A stretch of 64,000 bases of DNA from the NCBI GenBank assembly GCA_012295275.1, contig CM022673.1, positions 5,890,001 to 5,954,000 on the forward strand, given 5' to 3'. The notes beneath the pieces were generated by a model. The model saw nothing but the letters and a program-made list of their open reading frames with translations. It was not told where the DNA came from and searched no databases. The position numbers and the translations under genes are program-made. The DNA comes from Chrysomallon squamiferum. Lineage: Eukaryota > Animalia > Mollusca. How positions within the stretch are numbered: the first letter of the stretch is position 1; each line of letters opens with the position of its first letter. This document shows positions 57,061-64,000 of the stretch, one piece after another.

Positions 57061-57515
57061 CATGATCAGTTTAATGTAATAGGAAAAGAAAGAAAGAATG
57101 AATAAAAGAAAGAAAGGATATAAAATTATCGTACCAACTGATTAAAGTTCGTCTGCGCTGGTTCTAACAAAATACTAAGTTGTTTTTTGTTGTTGTTGTT
57201 TTTTCTGTATTTTGTATTTTTTGATTATTTTATTTTATTTTATTTTTATTATCTATCTATCTATTTATTTTTTTTTTTATTTATTTATTTATTTATTTAT
57301 TATTATTATTCATTCTTTTTTTTAGTACAACGTTTCTAGTAAAGAATAACAACAGTATGGTGATAGTAGTGCAGTTGTTGTTGTTATTGTAGTGCTAGTG
57401 GTTGTAGTAGTGGTAGATATAGTAGTAACAGTAGAAGTAGCCAAAGCAATAGCAGCAGCAGAAAATCGTTGATAGTAGTAATAATAAATAAATAAAAAAA
57501 AAAAAAAAAAAAAAA

Positions 57516-57578
<63 letters not shown>

Positions 57579-57580
57579 AA

Positions 57581-57611
<31 letters not shown>

Positions 57612-57850
57612 AAAATAAAAAAAAAAAAAAATAAATAAATAAAACAGGACGGAAAGACTAATACACTTACCCTTGGCTTTCTTTTTCTGTTAATTTATGA
57701 AGAAATAATTGAAAATACATGTATGCTGATCAAAATCGCTTCACATACTAACAAATATTAAATATATGGTTATTCGACAGATTTGTTATTATTTAAAATT
57801 GTTGACATTAAAAATTACTACTAAATTAGAAAATAGAGAAGTATTTAATC

Positions 57851-57924
<74 letters not shown>

Positions 57925-59308
57925 CATTATTATTTAGCGCACTGAATATCTACAAAACAAAGCTTCCTGAACAGTGTATAAAATATTTGTCTTTGTAGTA
58001 AATGGTAGGAATGTTCGCTCATTTTGAGAAAGATTTATTTCCTTCTCGGACCCAATTTTCGTTCTTTCTCATCCGTTGAAATCGCAGCGGGCATCCGCAC
58101 AACTTTAACGCACAGAGCCGTTGAAATCGCTTCGGGAATCTTCGTAAGCGATTCTCCGTCTGTTAACGACGAGCTTGTTCGGCCATTTTATATGGCACAT
58201 TTATTGAGTGTCGTTGCAACATTTCTTCATAATGACGCCAAGAAATCTATATCGTCAAGCACCTGTAGAAGATTGCCAGCATATGTCTAGGAATTTTACA
58301 AATGCGTATATGAATATATAAGGAAAAGGAAGGGGAAAAAAATGATTAAGAAAGAAGGAGAAAAAAAAAAAATGAGGGTGAAAAACTACGTTGCACCGGG
58401 ATATGAAGAAGCAATGAATCGGAAAACCTATCTGAAAATTACAAAACCGTGACTCTGTAACACCTGCAGTCCATCATGTTTGATTACACTGCACACGTTT
58501 CTCAGTCTTAAAATATACATACGTACATACATACATACATACATACATATATTCATAATACGTAGAAACATGTACATACGCAAACAAACAAATACTCATA
58601 TAAATACATACATACATTTTCGATATACATAATTCCGATGTTGCTTACAACGTTTTTCCTAATTTCAAAGTAATGATCCATTAAACAAATAATAAATAAA
58701 ATAAAATAAAATAAAAAACTAACAAAAACGACTAATTATTGATTTGCTCATTGATGAGGAAATTGTTGAAGAAATTTTCACAATAAAAATAGATACGTAT
58801 ATACTTAAAAGTAATCGTACATCCGTACGTACGTACGTACGTATATCCAAAAATACATACATACTGGAAGAGAGTGCACAACCAAATCAATGTGCTGTTA
58901 CCATATACAAAGACGTTTATAAAAATTTGCTAAGTAGCTATGGATACCAACAACAGTCCATGTTTTGATGAGATTGTACTATTCACTTGAGGTGTCAAAA
59001 CGTGTCTACATTTCAGCAACCTGAAGTACTTGTGATCATTAATCATCTGAGATGGAACATATTTGACAGATTACGTCATAAGCATTTAGCATTGCCCTTA
59101 TCTGCGGTCCTGACGTTTGCAACAGTGGCGCATCATATCGAGCATGCGCATTCCCAGACACAGGAAGGTGATTAAAAATGGAAAGGAATCCGCTAAAACG
59201 CGGAGTATCAAACCTCGCTAACACACGTGGTGTCATACCACACATTCACCGCATTATAACAGTATCTGTCATTCTTGACCCAGTTTATCATATATATTAA
59301 GATACACC

Positions 59309-59409
<101 letters not shown>

Positions 59410-59519
59410 TGTTCCGTTTCTTTCTCTTTCTCTTTATTTTTTTTTCTCTCTCTCACATTTGATACACATATACATAATTATTCAAACATAAATGCATGCA
59501 TACGTATGCATATATTTAA

Positions 59520-59970
<451 letters not shown>

Positions 59971-60612
59971 GGTTCAGAGAGAGAAAGATACGCAAACAGA
60001 GCGCTTTGACCAGCACGAGAAAGAAGAAAGAAGAAAAAAAACCACACAGAGAGACCGGCACAATTCCTACATTCTCCCACGCTGGGTGCATCTCTGTAAT
60101 AAACGTGCTGTTATGGTCATTAAGCCGAAATGCCTCTCACTAAAGGTACACATGGTTTCGTTTGTCATTATAAATGAATTTCGGTCTCTTGGGCTTATTT
60201 TGCTTAGCTTGTGAGTGATGTATTGTGTTGTGGAAATGAGCTTGGTAAACATCCAGTGGCAACTGTTTGAATCTACAGGTGACCGTCCTCATGAAGAATG
60301 TTTTATGTCAGCGAGTAGCCTCCGATTTGACACTTTTAGTTTGTTTTAATACACATATATACTGCAGAGGATGACGTCCGTAACAGTTTCACGCCTGAAA
60401 AAAAAAAAAAAAAAAAAACTTTTTATTTATTTATTTAGTTTGTTAGTTAGTTGGATAGTTAGAATGTTAGTTAGATAGTTAGTTTGTTAGTTAGTTAGTT
60501 AGATAGATAGATATATAGATAGATAGATAGATAGACAGACAGACACACACACACGCAGAGACACACAGAGACAGACATATAGATAAATGGAGAGACAGAC
60601 AGACAAATAGAG

Positions 60613-60683
<71 letters not shown>

Positions 60684-60836
60684 CAGATAGATAGATAGAT
60701 AGAATGACTAATTGATTGATAGCTAGATAGATATAGATATAGATAGATATAGATATAGTTATAGATATATAGATAGATAGAGATGGATGTATGGATGAAT
60801 GGCTAAATATATATAGAGAGATATACAGACAGACAG

Positions 60837-60923
<87 letters not shown>

Positions 60924-61110
60924 TATTAATGGTTTTAATTTTACAGTTATAGTTGTTATTATTATTAATATTGCTGCTGTTTTATTTTATTTTATTTTAT
61001 TTTTAAAACAAACTGAAAAAGTTTTAAAGAGTGCTGATAAAAAAAAAATATTATGACTGACTGAGAAACCGAGACAGAAAGAGATAGAGAAAACGAAAAC
61101 GAAAACCAAA

Positions 61111-61143
<33 letters not shown>

Positions 61144-61494
61144 AAAAAAAAAAACAGACAGAAAGATTCCCCGTTACACAATATGTCTACTAAATTTATT
61201 TTATTTCAGACGTAAAAGAAGAAAGAAGGGAAATACTGAAAGAAGAAAGAATAAAAGAAGACTTAAAGGAAAGAAAAAATATTGCTGACGGTTTGACGTT
61301 GTACAACATGTGTTAACGCTTAAACAATATAACTGCCATCCACACATGGGCTGTCCTACTTAGCTTTGTTTATTGTAGTTTGTTAATTGTTTGGTTTCGG
61401 CACTGCATGAGAAATATGTATTCTGCCAGAATATCCATATATATGTGTGTCTTCTACAACTTCCATATGAACACAGTGTTGTAAACAAAATCTC

Positions 61495-61760
61495 TGTGGA
61501 ATATCGATACAGTCATTATTTCATCGATACGGTACATCGGACGTTATCGATACAGTATCGAAATACAGCAGGGTAGGAGGACTTCGATGTAATATTAGTA
61601 TGGAATTGTAACGATATCATGCAACGAATATCATTATTATACTAATGGAACGTTATCAATGCGGTATGTTGAATGTTACCGATAGTATTTTTAGATTATT
61701 GTCGAAACGATGTGTCTAATATTGACAGAGCGATAAATCGACTATTGCCGACACAGTTTT
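61495..61760 (+). repeat. Degenerate CpG-containing minisatellite, unit about 22-24 bp
   Basis: ATCGATAC at about 61504, 61523 and 61546, followed by progressively decayed GAACGTTATC-like copies. Confidence 0.55.
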
Positions 61761-62068
61761 AAACAAAACACTGTTGATTTGATGTATCAAATATTTGTCT
61801 GAAATTATTGTATGGGTGAATTTTTAAAAAAAGAGAGAAATATTCCATACATTCGTCATCAGTGAGTAAATCTATTATCAGTCGTTTTTGTTTGATATTA
61901 TTTTATTATTATTATTTATTTATTTTTATTTTTATTTTTATTTTTATTAATTTTTTTTAATCTATTATTTACTGAAATTATTAACAAAAATAAAAAACTG
62001 ATTTATATTGCATGTATGTATGTATGACTATATAGATATATATATATATGTACCTATGAATATATGTC

Positions 62069-62100
<32 letters not shown>

Positions 62101-62233
62101 CGTAAGTATGTATGTATATATGTACAAACGTACGTGTATATAGTCAGATTTCTTTGCCTAACGGAAATGACCCACCAACTTTGCACTAAAGTTCACGACA
62201 GTTTAAACGTCAATAAACAGTTGTTTCGTGAGA

Positions 62234-62267
<34 letters not shown>

Positions 62268-64000
62268 AAGGACAAAAAAGAGAGACGAAAAAAAAAGAGG
62301 AAATTTGTTGGATGTTGATGTGGATTTCAGAACTTCAAACAAACAGTACAGCGTGATTTTGGCGTATCTGTCATGTCGGTCTCTGTATATCTGTTAGCCA
62401 CATGCAAACATAACAGCATTCACGCTCATCACAAAACAATCACACAGCACCTGTACCCGCCACGAAATCCATTTATCTTTCCGGGTGTCGGACCAACAGT
62501 CCCTTGGGAAAACGTGTACTGGAAACATGGCGGGAATCTTTGTTTAAACGTCTGCAACGTAAGCTTGGTTGAATGCGTGTGACGTGGAGTTTCTTTACGT
62601 AGTAGAAGTATAGTTGTTGTCTGGGTTGTTACTGTAGTAGCAGTAGTAGTGGTATTGGTTGTGGTGGTGATAGTGTAGTATTAACTGTAGTAAATGTAAT
62701 ATACCAGTACAGTAAAATCATTGTATGTATGCATATATGAAAGTATGTATTTATATATGTATGAATGTATGTATGTATGAATGTATGTATGTATGTATGT
62801 ATGTATGTATGTTTGTGTACATTATTGTATGTAGGAAAATGTATTAATTCTTTCTTTTATATTACTGAAACTAATTAAATGTTTGTTTAAAGGTATATTT
62901 ATAAAGGACAAGGTTTTAAATCACTACATCTTCATCTTTCACAATAACATTTTGTTTATTTTATGTATATCTGAAAATAACTAATTTAATTCACTTAGAA
63001 ATTAATATATATAATAATATTAACAACAAATGGTGAGCTCTTCTATAGACGAACCTTCCTTATTATAGATAATTTTAAAATCTTCAAAAATCGCAAAAGC
63101 TTAAGTTTTCAAAAGGTTATGTGAACTAGCGATAAAAGAATTCTGATACCCTCTGCTTTGTTTTATTTTTACTTTCTTCTTTTTAATACTTTTTTTTTTT
63201 TTTTTTTTTTACTTTTTTTAAATTTTTTTTTTTTTTTTTTTTTCCACACACAGTGTGCTTTCGGAGTTCAAGCGAAATGAAGCGGTTATTAAAGCAAGTC
63301 GAAAGAAAGAGCGGCCTGTCACTGACGAAGCAGTATGGATGCCGACAGCCTGCGCCCAATCTATCACCAGCTGCATGCAACATTTGAAGACTGCCTTTCT
63401 TTTATTTGTTCGTGTCTGTTGCGTGCTTTATTGCATACACAGGTGATGCGCACCACTGACACAGTCAATATTGAGCGATGTGGAGCACGATGATTTGGAG
63501 GAATGTACCCAAAGAAAAAAAAAAAAGAAAGAGTATTAATGGCTGCCTTTGTTGTTCCTGTTTATGACGTTTTGGAGCTTTTTGGAAGGGTGATTAAGGT
63601 TGAACAACCACTTTGTAATAATATCTTCTTTTTTTTTTTCTTTTTTTTTTTCCTGATAGAAATCCCTTGCAGTGGTAGGAAATATCAATAAATAGAATTA
63701 AGGCTTATAATGATAATATTTAAATATAAGTTACTTATATTCAAAATATTAAAAAAAAAAAAATGCATGAAAATGAAATTTAAATTATTTTGATGGTATA
63801 CCGAGAATTGTGTTGATATATATATACATCAAGATGAAGCACATAATCGAATTTACTGAAACAAAACCACAAGTAAACGTTTCGTTGTAGAAACCGTTCA
63901 GCTGTTTTTAAGTTTCTTCGTTTTCTTCTTTTCTTATTTCTTTCTTTTTAATAAATTTTATCTGTAATCAAAAATAAACACAGGTTTTTTTTTGTTTTTT

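Overview
Eukaryotic (animal) genomic DNA, AT-rich and dense in microsatellites; a lophotrochozoan, probably mollusc, origin is inferred but not proven. Three protein-coding genes can be reconstructed by hand. (1) A two-exon Ptf1a/Fer1-family bHLH gene (+, 17208-18209, 204 aa) that keeps both C-terminal RBPJ/Su(H)-binding motifs. (2) An intronless FoxQ2-family forkhead gene (-, 24872-25573, 233 aa), convergent with Ptf1a. (3) A 12-coding-exon MINDY3/FAM188A deubiquitinase gene (-, 53386-46374, 446 aa) with all splice phases consistent. Nearly all other ORFs in the track are microsatellite or antisense artefacts. The main unexplained structure is non-coding: a ~40 kb CpG-retaining domain around the two transcription-factor genes, rich in CACGTG/Hes-type boxes, RFX X-boxes and Su(H) sites, with a near-perfect CTCF motif on the side facing the CpG-depleted MINDY3 gene body. 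Also seen: clustered neural miRNA seed sites behind Ptf1a, a decayed ~2.8 kb tandem duplication, and a Tigger4/Zombi-like MITE in a MINDY3 intron. Motif counts are by eye; no database search was run.
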